A stretch of 64,000 nt of DNA from Podospora anserina (taxonomy: Eukaryota). Location of the stretch: the NCBI GenBank assembly GCA_017654855.1, contig CM030336.1, forward strand, positions 3,968,001 through 4,032,000. Reading direction: 5' to 3'. The position numbers and the translations under genes were made by a program. The notes under the pieces were generated by a model. That model made no database searches. It was not told where the DNA came from and saw only the letters and a program-made list of their open reading frames with translations. Of this stretch, positions 37,945-50,052 are shown piece by piece. Position 1 is the stretch's first letter; the number at the start of each line of letters is the position of its first letter.

Positions 37945-37999
<55 letters not shown>

Positions 38000-38072
38000 G
38001 GTGTCTCTCACCTCAACCTCGACCTCAACCTCAACCTCACCTCAACCTCAACCTCAACCTCAACCTCAACCT
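37945..38072. repeat. (GT)n followed by (CCTCAA)n just upstream of the AUR1 ATG
   Basis: (GT)n at about 37945-37999 and imperfect CCTCAA hexamers at 38011-38072. Confidence 0.9.
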
Positions 38073-38123
38073 ACCTAGCGACGAACCTATTTTAGACGAT
38101 TCCGGCGCATCACCATCGCAACC

Positions 38124-39674
38124 ATGCCAGACTTCTCCCCCGTCCTCCCATCAACAACCTCGGCACCCCCCTCCCCGCCACATTCCCTCTCCGCCAAAAC
38201 CATCACCACCTCCCCAAACCCCCTATTACCGCTCTACAACCTCGCCGCCAACATCCCCATCCCCGCCAAATTCAAAAAAGCCAAACCCTCTCTTCGGTTA
38301 CAGCGGGTAAAATCCAAAGACGAAGCCGCCTCTCACGATGTAACCAAACTGCAAACATCCTTCGCCATCCTTCCCTCTCTCAAACAGCTCCAAACCCGCA
38401 AATGGACCCTCTGGGACCTCCAGCACGTGGTGACGTTTGGGTGTTTGGCCTTTTGTCTGCTCATCACACCATCAGCCCCGTTTCTCAAGAGCGCCGCGAT
38501 GGGGTTGCTAGCAGTTCTGCTGGCCATGCCAGCGACGAGACAGTTTTTCCTACCGTCGTTGCCGATTTGGGTGTATTTGTTTTATTTCTTTGCCAGCAGG
38601 TATGTTAGCGACCGTCATCCGAGAGGATCTTTTCTTTTTTTTTTCTTCTTCGTTGTCTGATGCTGATGATGATGATGAAAAAGGTTCATCGCCCCTGAAT
38701 ACCGCCCCCACATCTGGGTCAAGGTCCTTCCCGCGCTAGAAAACGTCCTCTACGGCGCCAACCTGAGCAACATCCTCTCGGCACACACCTACACCATCTT
38801 GGACATCATCGCCTGGATCCCCTACGGCCTCGGCCACTTTGCGCTCCCGTTGGTGACAACGGTGATGCTGTTTTTGTTTGCCGCCCCTGGGACAACGCCC
38901 GTCTGGGCGAGGGCGTTTGGGTACATGAGCATCCTCGGCGTGACGATCCAGATCCTCTTTCCTTGCACGCCTCCCTGGTACGAGGGTCTGCACGGCCTCG
39001 AGCCGGCGCATTACGGCATGGAGGGCAGCCCGGCTGGGTTGAAGAGGATCGATGAGCTGTTTGGCGTGGACATGTACACGACGAGCTTCACGACCGCCCC
39101 GGTGCCGTTTGGCGCGTTTCCTTCCCTGCACGGAGGCGATGCCGTGCTGGAGATGCTGTTTTTGCAGTACTGCTTCCCGAGGTTCAGGGCTTTTTTCGTG
39201 GGGTATGTGGTTTGGATTGCGTGGAGCACCATGTATCTGAACCACCACTACGCGATCGACCTTGTCGGAGGAGGGGTGATTGCCGCGGTCACGTATTACA
39301 TTGCGAGAACGAAGTGGCTTCCGCGCCCGCAGCTGGACAAGACGACGAGGTGGGAGTATGAGTATGTCGAGTTTGGCGACAGGCCGAGGGTGGCGCTCGA
39401 CGAGGAGTATGGCGGGATGGGGTTGGGACTGCTTCAGCGACGGGGGAGCGACGAATGGACTCTTGGGAGCTCGTCGAGCTTTGACTCGATGAGCAGGGGG
39501 GACACCCTCTGCGGGAGCAGCAGCTCTTCGCCGAATATCCTCAGCCCGACGACGCCGAATGATGACCACCATGGGGGGGACCTGTGGAGCAAAGTCCGGA
39601 CGGCGAGCCCGAGGGCGGTGGGGTTGACTGGGGTTGTGGTTGAGGAGGAGCAGAGGGAGGTGTATGTGAGGTGA
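38124..39674 (+). CDS. AUR1: Inositol phosphorylceramide synthase (aureobasidin A resistance protein), ~488 aa
   Basis: Exons 38124-38599 and 38684-39674 (AAG acceptor). Motifs RPHIWVKVLPALENVLYGANLS, PCTPPWYE, GSPAGLKRID, PFGAFPSLH and TMYLNHHYAIDL. Confidence 0.95.
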
Positions 39675-41716
39675 TCTCTTGAGAACCTAATCGACACATC
39701 CATCCTTTTCTCGGCACTTCTTCGACTCGGTTCCGGTTGCTTTTTTTCGATCGCCTTTTTTTTTATACAACACGCTACTACTACTACTACTATCGTTATT
39801 ATCTGTCGGGGCCAATTCATCAGCATTTTATTGGTTTGGGGTTGGGGGCAAACAAATGGCATTGGCAGGGCATTTCGCAAGCAGTGTGTGTGTGTGTGTG
39901 TGCGTGTGTGTGGTTATTTGGTATATACCCCATATCGTTCGCTCGCTTCATTTATATATATGTGTGTGTACTGGAAAGGGGGGAAGTCAGTCTGGATAGA
40001 CAGTCGTTTCTGTTTATTGGAGAAAGAACAAATCAGACTTTTGGATGGATAGAAGAGCGAGGGAGGAGTGAGGAGGGGGGAGGAGGATATATCCCATATA
40101 ATGAGAGGTTGTCGAAGAGAAAAGGAAGGGGGGAAATATGCGATCTTTTGGTCTTTTTAATGATAATGGCTTTTTTTATTTTCTTTTTTTTAAATTGGTA
40201 GGGGGAAGGGAAAGGGTGCGGTGCATATAATGGATCGGGAGGGAGGGGGTTGCATACCTAGTTGGCGAAGGGAGAGAGAAGAGATGGGTGATGATACCTG
40301 CGATTTGGATTTTGTCTTCAGAGCGAAGGGGATACTGGGAGGAAGGAAGGGTTTGCGATATCTAGGAGAAGGAGGAGGAGGAGGTGATGATGATGATGAT
40401 GGTGTTGGTGGTGGTGGTGGTTTTGTATCATATAACGAATATCTCAAAGGAATTTAAATCAAGTCAAACAATTGATTAGAGGAGGGATGGGTGTGTGATG
40501 TTGGAAGAGAGGCTCTTTCCCCTCCACCACCGGGACGCCTTTGGAGGGTTTAACCACTCTGGCCGGCCGGGTTCGGGTAGGTAGGCGGCGGCGTGGAAAA
40601 AGGGGGTTTCGGTTTCAGCCTCACAGCCTTGTGTCGTTCGTTTTTTTTTCTTTTTTTTCTTCTTTTCTCTTTCTCCCAAGATTGTCACGAGTTGGGTGGG
40701 TGTGTCAGATTCGCTTAATCGGCCGGTCCCAGAACGCCACCACTCCGAGGAGTCAGATCCCCCAATCTGTACTTCTTTCCATCATGGGACACAGCGAGGG
40801 GAAAGGGGGGGGTTATAAAAGCATGGGAGGTAGGGGTTCGAAGCGGGAACGGAGATTATCTTGTGTGTCAGGTAGACAGACAGACAGGTAGATGCTGTGA
40901 GACGGGAGGTAGGTAGGTAGAAAGATGCAACCCTTCGGAGAATGCAACATCAAAGATAGTAAAAACCAAAAAACTCAGAAAAAAGGTGATACCGAACAGA
41001 AAACGGGAGATTCTTCTTATGATATATACATGGCAGTCGAAGAGAGAGAGAGAGGGAGAGAAATGTTTTCAGCTCGTGGGGTCAAAGTCACGATGAATAA
41101 GGAAAATCGGCCAAATATCTGGCCTAGTTCGGATTTTGTTGTCAAAAGCGAATGGTGTGTGTGTGGTGGTTGGCACCGGGCTGAGGGAAACGGCCGCCAA
41201 TGCCGTCAACCATCTCTTTAGATATCTTGGATAAATCGTTGGAGAAAAAAAAAAGACGAGTACATTAATCTACAATTCACATTGTCTGCATTCCCATATC
41301 TGTCTAAAACCGACTGACTGACTATCTGGGCTCTGTGCCCATTCCCCGAGTCTTACATACAACTGACTGACATATACCTCTCCCAATCAACCCACAAATT
41401 TACACCCATCTCACATTACATGCAATGCAAAGAAGAAGAAAGAAAAAAAAGTATGCATATCAAAAAAAGACAATAAACAAACATCCATCCATCCAGACCC
41501 ATGTATGGAAAAGCACGAAAAAAGGTATCTCAACGCCCCACCCACCAACCCGCCGAACCCTTTATGCCCTGACAAAAAGAAATACTTTTGATGCCTGATG
41601 CGAAAAAGAAAACCGAAAACAGAAATTAGCGCGCTCTTGTGTGGTTCACTCGCGATGTAAAGACCCGAGACCAGATACTGGGCAACTTCCCAGCTGTGCA
41701 AGACACATGTCAGCCA

Positions 41717-42268
41717 TTAGAACCGCACCTTCGACTTGCTCTTGAGTTTATTCTTCTTCCTATCAGCCTTCTTCTCCTTCTTGTGCTTCTTCTTGAGCAA
41801 AGAATCATCACGATTCTTGTCCTTGGCAAAGAGAACCTTGGCTGTGCTATCCTTCACGCCAGAGTCATATTTCTTGAGAATACTCTTCATTGGCGACGAA
41901 AGAACTTGCGAGGCAGCACCAACAGACAGTATTCGCGTAGACATGCTCTTCGAGGGCGATGAAGGGATAGTCGAAAGAGGGATACTCGAGGAGACTTCGT
42001 CCGGGGGCTCCTGCTTGATCATGTTTTTCAAAGGTGAGGGGGGTGGGGGCATAGACATGCTGCGGGCGCGGCCCGGGTAAGGGGTCGACTTGCCGGGAAC
42101 ATGCACCCGGGTGAGCGACGTAGAATTGCTAGCAGGACTGCTGCTCGGAACCGTGTATGTGGGCAATGTGAATGCAGAGGGCGGCAAAGAAGCCTCGCGC
42201 TTCTTGCGTTCCGACATGGACTGGTAATCGTCGGACTTGACCACGGCTCGCGGAGGTGAAGAGCCCAC
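41717..42268 (-). CDS. Candidate in-frame C-terminal extension (183 aa) of the RPA34-like gene beyond a single TAG
   Basis: Begins at the base immediately after the TAG at 42271-42269 in the same frame. It is stop-free for 183 codons, Ser/Pro-rich, and ends KKKHKKEKKADRKKNKLKSKSKVRF*. Confidence 0.6.
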   Translation of the reverse strand: MGSSPPRAVVKSDDYQSMSERKKREASLPPSAFTLPTYTVPSSSPASNSTSLTRVHVPGKSTPYPGRARSMSMPPPPSPLKNMIKQEPPDEVSSSIPLSTIPSSPSKSMSTRILSVGAASQVLSSPMKSILKKYDSGVKDSTAKVLFAKDKNRDDSLLKKKHKKEKKADRKKNKLKSKSKVRF

Positions 42269-44016
42269 CTAGGCGCTCTTTCCGGCGGGAACAGGAGGCG
42301 GAATCGGCGTCACCTTACTTGCAGTCTTCTTAGCCTTGTTGTCCTTACCATCAGACTTTGTGGCAGAGGAGGCGACGGGGGTAGCAGCCACGTTGTGCCC
42401 GGGGATGGGGGGAGGAGCAATAGGGGTCTCCTTGATGGGCTTAACAACGGGGGCACTGACTGCTGGGGTGCTGGCACCAACACGAGACTTCCTCGCCTTC
42501 TTGCTGGGCGTGGCAGCTGTCTCCTCTCCACCGAGCTTGCGCTTCTTAGCGGCCGCCTTGCTGGTGGCAGCAGCGGGGGCAGCGGGGGCAGCGGGGGCGG
42601 CATCGCCCATCTCGACGTCTTCGTGCTCGGACTCGTCACCCATGACGGTGAGACCGTTGTTGGTGGCGCCGAACGGTGTGTAGCGAACCTTGAGCCCCTT
42701 AGGCTGGGGTCTAGGCGGCACGGGCGGGGCAGGCACAACGGTCTCCTGGCCGATGTGAGTCTTGCGCTTGATGTGGAGGAACTGCCCGATGGGCTGGTCG
42801 GCTAGAAACCGTCAGCAAACCCTCTGCTCACCAAGAGAAAGAAAGCTTCACTCACCACTCTCATACTTCTTGCCATCCTTGCCGGGAATCAGGATCTTAA
42901 CCGAGTGGCTCAGCTGCTCGAGTTCACCGCCGTAATCCACGCCCTCGTGGGTAAAGAGTGGCTGGCCAGAGATGAGCTTGTCCGTAGAGATCTTGTACTT
43001 CCTGATGACGTCGATGCCAATAGACTTGGGGGTGGTGAAGCACCAAAGCTGCTTGCCCTCGGCCTTTGCATTCGCAAGCATCTTGGCAACGCTGGCAGCA
43101 TCGAGATCGGGGTCCACTTTCCGCAGATCGAAGCGTTGCTGAATGAGCTCAGCAGGGCGACTAGTCACTTGTTAGCAAGGTTCCCTCATCAAGCACAGGA
43201 TGATTCTCACGATGACTTGACGGCTGCTGCGTTTTGGGCCTCCGGCTCAGGCTCCGACTCGGACTCAGATTCAGACTCGCCGACGGTCTCCTTGCTCTTC
43301 GCTTTGCTTTTCGCCTTGTCCTTCGAAGCAGCTGGAGACTTGGCTGTCGACGACTTGGCAACTGGAGCAGGTTTGGCTTTGGGAACAGGCTTCTCAGCTT
43401 CGCTCTCGCTCTCACTCTCACTCTCTGACTCGCTCTCCGACCCGCTCTCCGACTCGCTCTCCGACTCGGCCTCTTTGGCTTTCTCATTGACCTTGGCGCC
43501 GTTGACCTTGGCGCCGGCGGCAGGAGCATCCTCATCACTCGACTCCTCCGACTCACTGGACTCGGACTCGGACTCGGAATCGGAAGCAGCAGGAGCGGCC
43601 GCCTTCTTAGTGCTCTTGGCCGGAGCGTCCTTCATCTCGACATCGCCATCGTCGCTGTCGCTGTCGCTCTCGCTTTCGGAGTCGCTCTCACTGGAGCTCG
43701 AATCTGAGGCTTCGACATCCTTCTTGGTCTTGGTCTCGGTCTCGGAAGCAGGCTTCGTGCCGTTGGTGGTAGGCTTAGCAGCCTCCTTCTCTTTCTTCAA
43801 GTTCAGCTTATCGGCCCAGTCGTCATTGTTGTCGTCGGCCTCATCGTCGGTAGAAGTGGAGGTGCTGTCGGTGTCACTGTCGCTCTGACTCTCGCTCTCG
43901 GACTCTTCCTTCTTCACAGGCTTGGGCAGCGCCTTCTGGCTCAAGGCATTACGGAGGCCAGCAGCTTTGGCGATATGCTGGGACAAGGTAGCAGAGGGCG
44001 CTTTGGGCCCCGCCAT
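42269..44016 (-). CDS. RPA34: RNA polymerase I subunit A34.5 (Rpa34)-like nucleolar protein, ~547 aa to the first stop
   Basis: Exons 44016-43211, 43160-42856 and 42801-42269. Ser/Glu/Asp- and Lys/Ala-rich N-terminus followed by KQLWCFTTPKSI, ILIPGKDGKKYE and RPQPKGLKVRYTPFG, resembling the RPA34.5 domain. Family assignment is by eye. Confidence 0.75.
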
Positions 44017-44813
44017 TGCGACTGTTTTGTGAGTTCAGTAAAGTAGAGGGTGGGTAGTAGAAGTTAGCGGTGGCTGGAGGTGAGCAAAAGATGGTGCGAT
44101 TCAAAGGGAGGTTGTTGGTGGTTGATTGTTGATTTTTTGATTTTTTTTGGAAGCTGTCGAGTCGAGTCGCTCCAAAAATTCACGATGCGCTTCAGGAAAA
44201 GCGAAAAGTTGCTAATCCCTGCAAAAAAAAAGCGCGACGGGTTGTGGAGAGGTGGGGGCAGTTGATTGAGCGTGCTGATTGGCTAACCTTTCACTGCCGC
44301 CCTGGGAGAGCCTCTGAATAATCGTGGTGAAAGATTTTGTGAGAGGAAGATGGGACACTTGGAATTGAAAAGGCGCAGAGTTATTTACTTATTTATTTAT
44401 CTAATTTCATAAAATAAAAAAAACTAAAAATAAAAAATTAAATAGAAAAATCATATAAAAAATAAAAATAAAAATTATAAAAATCCATAGCTCTTATTAA
44501 GATTCTAGGCGCCCACCGCAGAAGGAACGCCCTGAAAGCCCACAGAAAGCAGGTACTGCCCGCACGCACCTCCGTTTGCAAGTCAAACGTTCAGGTGGGG
44601 CGCTCGAGTCCCTCTGTCTCGAAGCTTGAGACGCCATTCCATTTCTTCAACGAAGTGAGCGAGTCCAGATCTTAGTGTCAAACTTATGCAAGAGACTTCA
44701 TAGTAAAGAAACTGGACCCCAGTTTCTCAGGATCACTAGAGCATCCCAGTCAGCGTTTTGGACCAAGATCATTGTGGTCGTTGAACTCTTTTACCCAACC
44801 ACCTACAGTGACA

Positions 44814-47099
44814 ATGGTGATGAACAATAAGAGAAGGAAACTCGAGGGCGTTGACGTCCCTCCCAAGGCCCCTGCCTCTCCTGCTACACCTGGTATGAAT
44901 GAATAAAGAGCCCCGTAGTCATAGTATACATAGGCTAACACTGTCCAAGTAATGAGCGCGTTTGCTGCCCGGCAACAGCTCTGGGGAGCCCCATCGCCAG
45001 TCGCAAAAACGCCTGTGAATGAAAATCCAACACCTGCCCCAAAAGATTCCACGCCTGTAAAAACAATACCTACTCGTCGAAATAAACGCGGGGCTGCCAA
45101 GGAGCAGGTTTCTACGCCTGTCAACGAAGACCCAACACCCGACCTCAACCGTGAAAGGGGTGATTCAATTCCTCCATCGCCTATTCTTTCCCCAGTGTAC
45201 GCACGACACATACGCCTCGGGTTCCATAGACATTCTGAGCTGTGCTAACTGTTGGCATAGTCTTGGAACACTTATAACCCCAGTAGTCAGAGAGAGACAG
45301 CCTCAATACTCGTCCTTGAAGCCACACAAGAAGAACTATCAACAGAAGCCAGATGGTTGCGTGACGCTAAGAACGCCTGATGGAGAGCGGTTGGTGATAC
45401 TGGGAAGCTATGGCATCAGAGTCCATCAAGGCGAGGCCACCATCGCCGGTGCTCAGTTGACACCACTGGATCCAGTCCAATGGGTACACGCTCCGCACTG
45501 CCATGCTCTTCCAGTCCTCCGTACTTCTGAAGACACCGTGGTTGAGCTGCATCCCCATCCCGCAGCTGATGGGTTGCGCCAGTTGGCAAAACTGAACCCT
45601 GCCTTTGGAAAACTCTGGAACGAGGTTCCCACCCAAGGGGTGCCATCCAGGAAAGACTCGACATTTCAAATTGTTTGTCTGCTCCATTCTCGACTGTTAC
45701 GGAATTGTTCATGCTAACCCTCGAATAGTTGTTCTCCCCAGAAGACGTCCCCAAAAAGGTCGCCCTCCAAGAGCTCGTCTCCCCGCCAGAATGGAACAAG
45801 AAACTCGCCTCCCTGATCGCAACAAAGCGAAAAGGGGCCTCATCCCCCATCTTCTTCCTCTGCGGCCCCAAATCATCCGGGAAATCCACCTTTGGGAAAC
45901 TCCTCGCCAACCGTCTAATCACCGACCGAGCCGGCAACAAAAACGCTCCTTGGTCACCCATCTATATCTTAGACATCGACCCAGGGCAACCCGAATTCGG
46001 CCCCCCCGGCGTGATCTCCCTCGTCAAACTCACCTCCCCCAACCTCCAACCCCCCTTCTGCCACCCAACCCTCGAACCAGTCACCTCGATGATCCGCTCC
46101 CACGCCATCGCCGCAGTAACCCCCGCCCTCGACCCAGAGCACTTCATCGAGTGCGTCATGGACCTCTTTACGACCTACCAAACCCAGACCCATCCCGGAG
46201 AAGAGAAGAAACCACCAATGGTAGTCAACACCCCAGGCTGGATCCAAGGTCTCGGGTTGGACATTTTGTCTGATCTCGTCAAGGGAATCAAACCGACAGA
46301 GGTGGTGTACATGTCGACCGAAGGACCAGAGGAAACCATTTCTGGTCTTCAAGCCGCCATCTCTTTTATTCCCACCACCGCATTCAGCACCCTCCCCTCG
46401 CAAAACACAACCGAAATCCTCTCCCCCTCCCGGATCCCGTCGTCTCTCCGTACGATGCAGGCAATGTCTTATTTTCATCTTTTGCCGTCGTTGTCAACTT
46501 GGAATTCAACACCGCTGTCACATGTTCCCCCTTGGAGGGTGAGGTATACGGGTCCTGACAGGGGTTTCAGGGGTATCCTCTGCTACGACTACCAACCTTC
46601 ACCGAGAATCTTGGCAGAGGCAATCAACGGGATGGTTTTGGCGCTTGTGAAAATTTCCAACTTGGCCGCGTTAAGGGGATTAGACAACATAATCGAGGCT
46701 GGGAGTGGGAAGATACCGTTGATAGACAACCCTATGGGGAAGAGCCTCGATCCGAAGTTTTCGGAGCTGGTTGGGTTGGTGCTTGTGAGGGGGGTGGATG
46801 AGAGGAGGGGGGAGCTGCAGTTGCTCACGCCGGTTGGGATGGGAGGTGTGGAGAAGGGAGAGGGGAGGTTGGTGTTGGTGATGGGGAAGTTTGATACGCC
46901 CAGTTGGTGTTACAGTGAGGGGTTGTACTTGAGGGATCATGATCAGGGGAAGGGGGAAGAACAGGGGGAGAGCGATGGGGAGGGGGGGGGAGGGGAGGAG
47001 GAAATGGAGGTTCCGTGGATTCAGAGGTTGCATGGGAGCCAGAACAGGGGGGCGGGGGGGAAGGTTTGGAGGGTTAGGAGGGATTTGGGGAGGAGTTAG
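44814..47099 (+). CDS. GRC3: Polynucleotide 5'-hydroxyl kinase Grc3/Nol9, ~702 aa
   Basis: Exons 44814-44892, 44950-45196, 45261-45672 and 45729-47099. P-loop CGPKSSGKSTF, LDIDPGQPEF, VVNTPGWIQGLG, GLVLVRGVD and terminal VWRVRRDL. Confidence 0.92.
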
Positions 47100-47681
47100 A
47101 TGGTGGAGGGGGGATGGGGTTTGTTGCGGTGATGATGGTTTGGGATATAAGGGGTATTTTTTGGTTATCGGGTTGTATTTCATCTAACTTGCTGGGACCT
47201 TCAGCCTCCACCAATGACACCGACATCGTTTACACCCCCATGTGCCCTCTTGGTTGGACCGATCATGCTTGACACCTACTACCGCCCATCCGTCTCATGG
47301 AAACGGACAGACAGGAATCGAACATGAAACGTTCCAGTCAACCATAAAAACTAGATTCGAACTCACATCACTGATAAGCAAAGACTGCTGTGCTAATTAC
47401 ACCAGTTGGGGTCAATTTTGTGCGAAGCTTCTTACGGGAGGGGGTGTTGGCAATGGGATTTATGGATGGAGCGGAGAGGTGGCGTTTTGATTGTGGGAGG
47501 TTTGTTGTGGTGAGGGACGTTGTCTGTGTCTTGCAGAAGGGAGCATGACACTGATAGAAACACATGGACAGAGATCACATAGCTGAAGAAAGAGGCAGGC
47601 TCAGAAAACATGGCCATGTCCCATCCATATACACCTCTACACAAAAAACCCACCATGAATACTACATCACTCAAACAAAAC

Positions 47682-49386
47682 CTAAAAGTCCAGGCCCCCC
47701 TCCTCCTCCCTCTCCCTCTTCACCCTCACAAACTCCCTCTCCTCCCTCAACAGCCCATGCACAAACCCCCTGAACTGATCAGTATAAGGCTTGATACTCG
47801 TCCTCTCCCACTCGGCCCCCCTTCTGTCTTCATCATCCCCCTCCTTCTTCACCACCCCACCCGCCGCATCAATCTCATTCACCAACCCCCCAATCGTCGG
47901 CACCCCCAACGGATCAAACCCGTCCAGATCATCCGTATCAATCGGCACACAAACCCTCCCGGTCCCAGGGTGCACCACAAACGGACTCTTCAACAAATGC
48001 GTCTTTTGCTCCGTAACCAAAATATCCAGCCGTGGATACGTATACTCCAGCACGATATCCTGCTTCGCCTCCAACAAATCCTTCGTATTCACACTCCCCA
48101 TCGTCTTGGCCACCGAATCAATATCCCCCCACTTGACCACCGACGACCGCCCCGGATTAGCCTCCCACTTCTCCTTCAACGCCACCCTCAGCTTAACATC
48201 AGGAAGCAACATCAACAGCTTCTCCGCCCTATCCTCCTCCCTCCACGGGTCCTGCCCCTCAAGCACATCCGTCAAAAAGTGCTCCTTGAGAATCCCCAAA
48301 CTTCTCGCCAGATGCGGATGCAAAGGCCTCCTGACATTAACCCTCTTCCCCGTCTTCTCCCCCCCCTTGACCACCGAGAAGTAATTCCCAATCGCCTTCC
48401 TCTTGTGATCATCCAACCCCCTCGCCTTGCGGTCACAGACCCAAGCGTGCGCACCTCTCCTCCCGCTGTACACCCACATGACATGCTCATACCCAAAGTC
48501 CTCTTTCAGCGCCACCCCCAGCACCTTGATCGCCATGGTGATGAACCGCCAGCACTTCCCACAAATGTTCGCCTTATCGCAGCACGTCCGAACATCGTCG
48601 TAGTCCGTCAGATCGATGTCAAAGCAGAGCTCCTTCGCCACTGGCTTGAAGGCGCTCGAGTTGCGAAACGTCTTTCGATCGCGGGGGTTGGCCGTGTAGA
48701 TGGGGCCGATCTCGATGCGCTCGGGGAGGTGCTTGAAGACATCTTTGCGGAGGAGGTCGAGGGTGGCGTAGGATTGGAAGCGGAAGACGACACCCCCGGA
48801 AAGCCAGAGGGAGAACTCGCGGTGTTTGAAATCGGGGGTGGGGGTGGGGGAGTGGTTGAGCCATTGGAAGTAGTGGCGCCAGGGGAAGAGGAGCTGGTAG
48901 AAGGCGCGGAGGAGGTCGGGGTTGGAACCACCGCCGGAGGGGGCGGCTGGGCTGGATAAAAGTGTTAGTGTTGTGATGGTGGGGGGGGGGGGAAAGAGGA
49001 GGGGAGACATACCCTGGAGATGAAGGCGGTACTTGGCCTGTGACGAGATCTTTGTTGGTGTGGTTGTTCTTGCCAGAGAACTCATCGTCTGAATCGGAAT
49101 CCATCCCGTCGAACAGATCCTCGAGTTTGATGTCGGATTTGGTTTCCTGCTTGATTTCGACGGGGGCGTCTTCTTCTTCTGGGGCGCTGGAGGGTGGTGG
49201 TTGTTGCTCGACGGCGGCGGGGGGGACTACGGGTGGGGATTCAACTTCGTCGACGCCGGCCATGAGGAGGTCCTCGTCTGTTAGGCCGCCGTTGCCTAGG
49301 TTGAGGGTGGTGTCTTCCATTGTCGGAGTGAGCTCAGTTCGAGCTGGGGGGTCCTGTTGTTCGGGTGTTGATTCTGAATGAGGCAT
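47682..49386 (-). CDS. PRI1: DNA primase small (catalytic) subunit, ~547 aa
   Basis: Exons 49386-49013 and 48951-47682. Motifs KELCFDIDLTDYD, WVYSGRRGAHAWVCD, YPRLD and HLLKSPFVVHPGTGRVCVP. Confidence 0.96.
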
Positions 49387-49532
49387 TGTTTTGTTTTGTG
49401 GTGCTTGAAAGACTTTATTGTCTGTCAGTTTAGTATAAGAGCCGTTGTTGGATTGGCACAGAGAGACTTGATGGTGATGCTGAATGTTGTCTGTTGGGGG
49501 AGGGACCCTGGTGGCATTGAATTTTGGACAGG

Positions 49533-49566
49533 ACGCGTCGAGCGAATCTCAGAGCGCGTCGCGCGT
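49533..49566. promoter_or_regulatory. Cluster of MCB-like (MBF) cell-cycle boxes upstream of PRI1
   Basis: ACGCGT at 49533-49538 plus GCGCGT at 49554-49559 and 49561-49566, about 150-180 nt upstream of the PRI1 ATG. MCB elements are typical of fungal DNA-replication genes. Confidence 0.6.
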
Positions 49567-50052
49567 AAAGTGGCCCCCACTTGTATCGCTGGGATGGTAG
49601 GACCATAACACTTACATGAGAGCGGCAGCTTTCGGGACCGCATCATAGACGCATACGCAAAGATGGATCTCAGGGTTGTCTCTGACAGGGCTGGAACCAG
49701 GAAAGATGGACGCCCCGATGATACATACATGCCCGCGCTGCCTTCTGATGAAAGGAGAGAATTGTCTCTTGTTTTTCTTCACGATCCGAATAAGAGCTGC
49801 AGTTTTGATCTCATATCCAATCATTGCTCCTGCTGGTTGCCACTTGCGTCTTCAAATGATGGCCGGCCCAAGCGTCCGGCTCGCCTGGTCACCCTTGTCT
49901 CGCCCACGTCATTCACTGCGCCCAGGCGTGGAACAAGGGGCAGGCGCTCACTCAACAACGAACGACCACTGCCCTAACTCCCAAACTGAACAAGCCCACC
50001 GTTATCCGTAACCTTCTGCTGCCTTCGGCCCTCGAGATTTAAAAAAGCAAAA

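Noticed and set aside
39675-40052. Open frame of about 125 codons after the AUR1 TGA
   Set aside because: It runs through T-rich, (CTA)n and (GT)n low-complexity UTR, the TGA-TCT context is not the TGA-CTA readthrough motif, and the product is not protein-like.
47610-48959. Long antisense ORFs (449 aa here; also 12318-13364, 42905-43888, 55448-56623, 57248-58753, 60280-61986)
   Set aside because: They lie opposite well-supported genes and are shadows of biased codon usage, with no recognisable domains.
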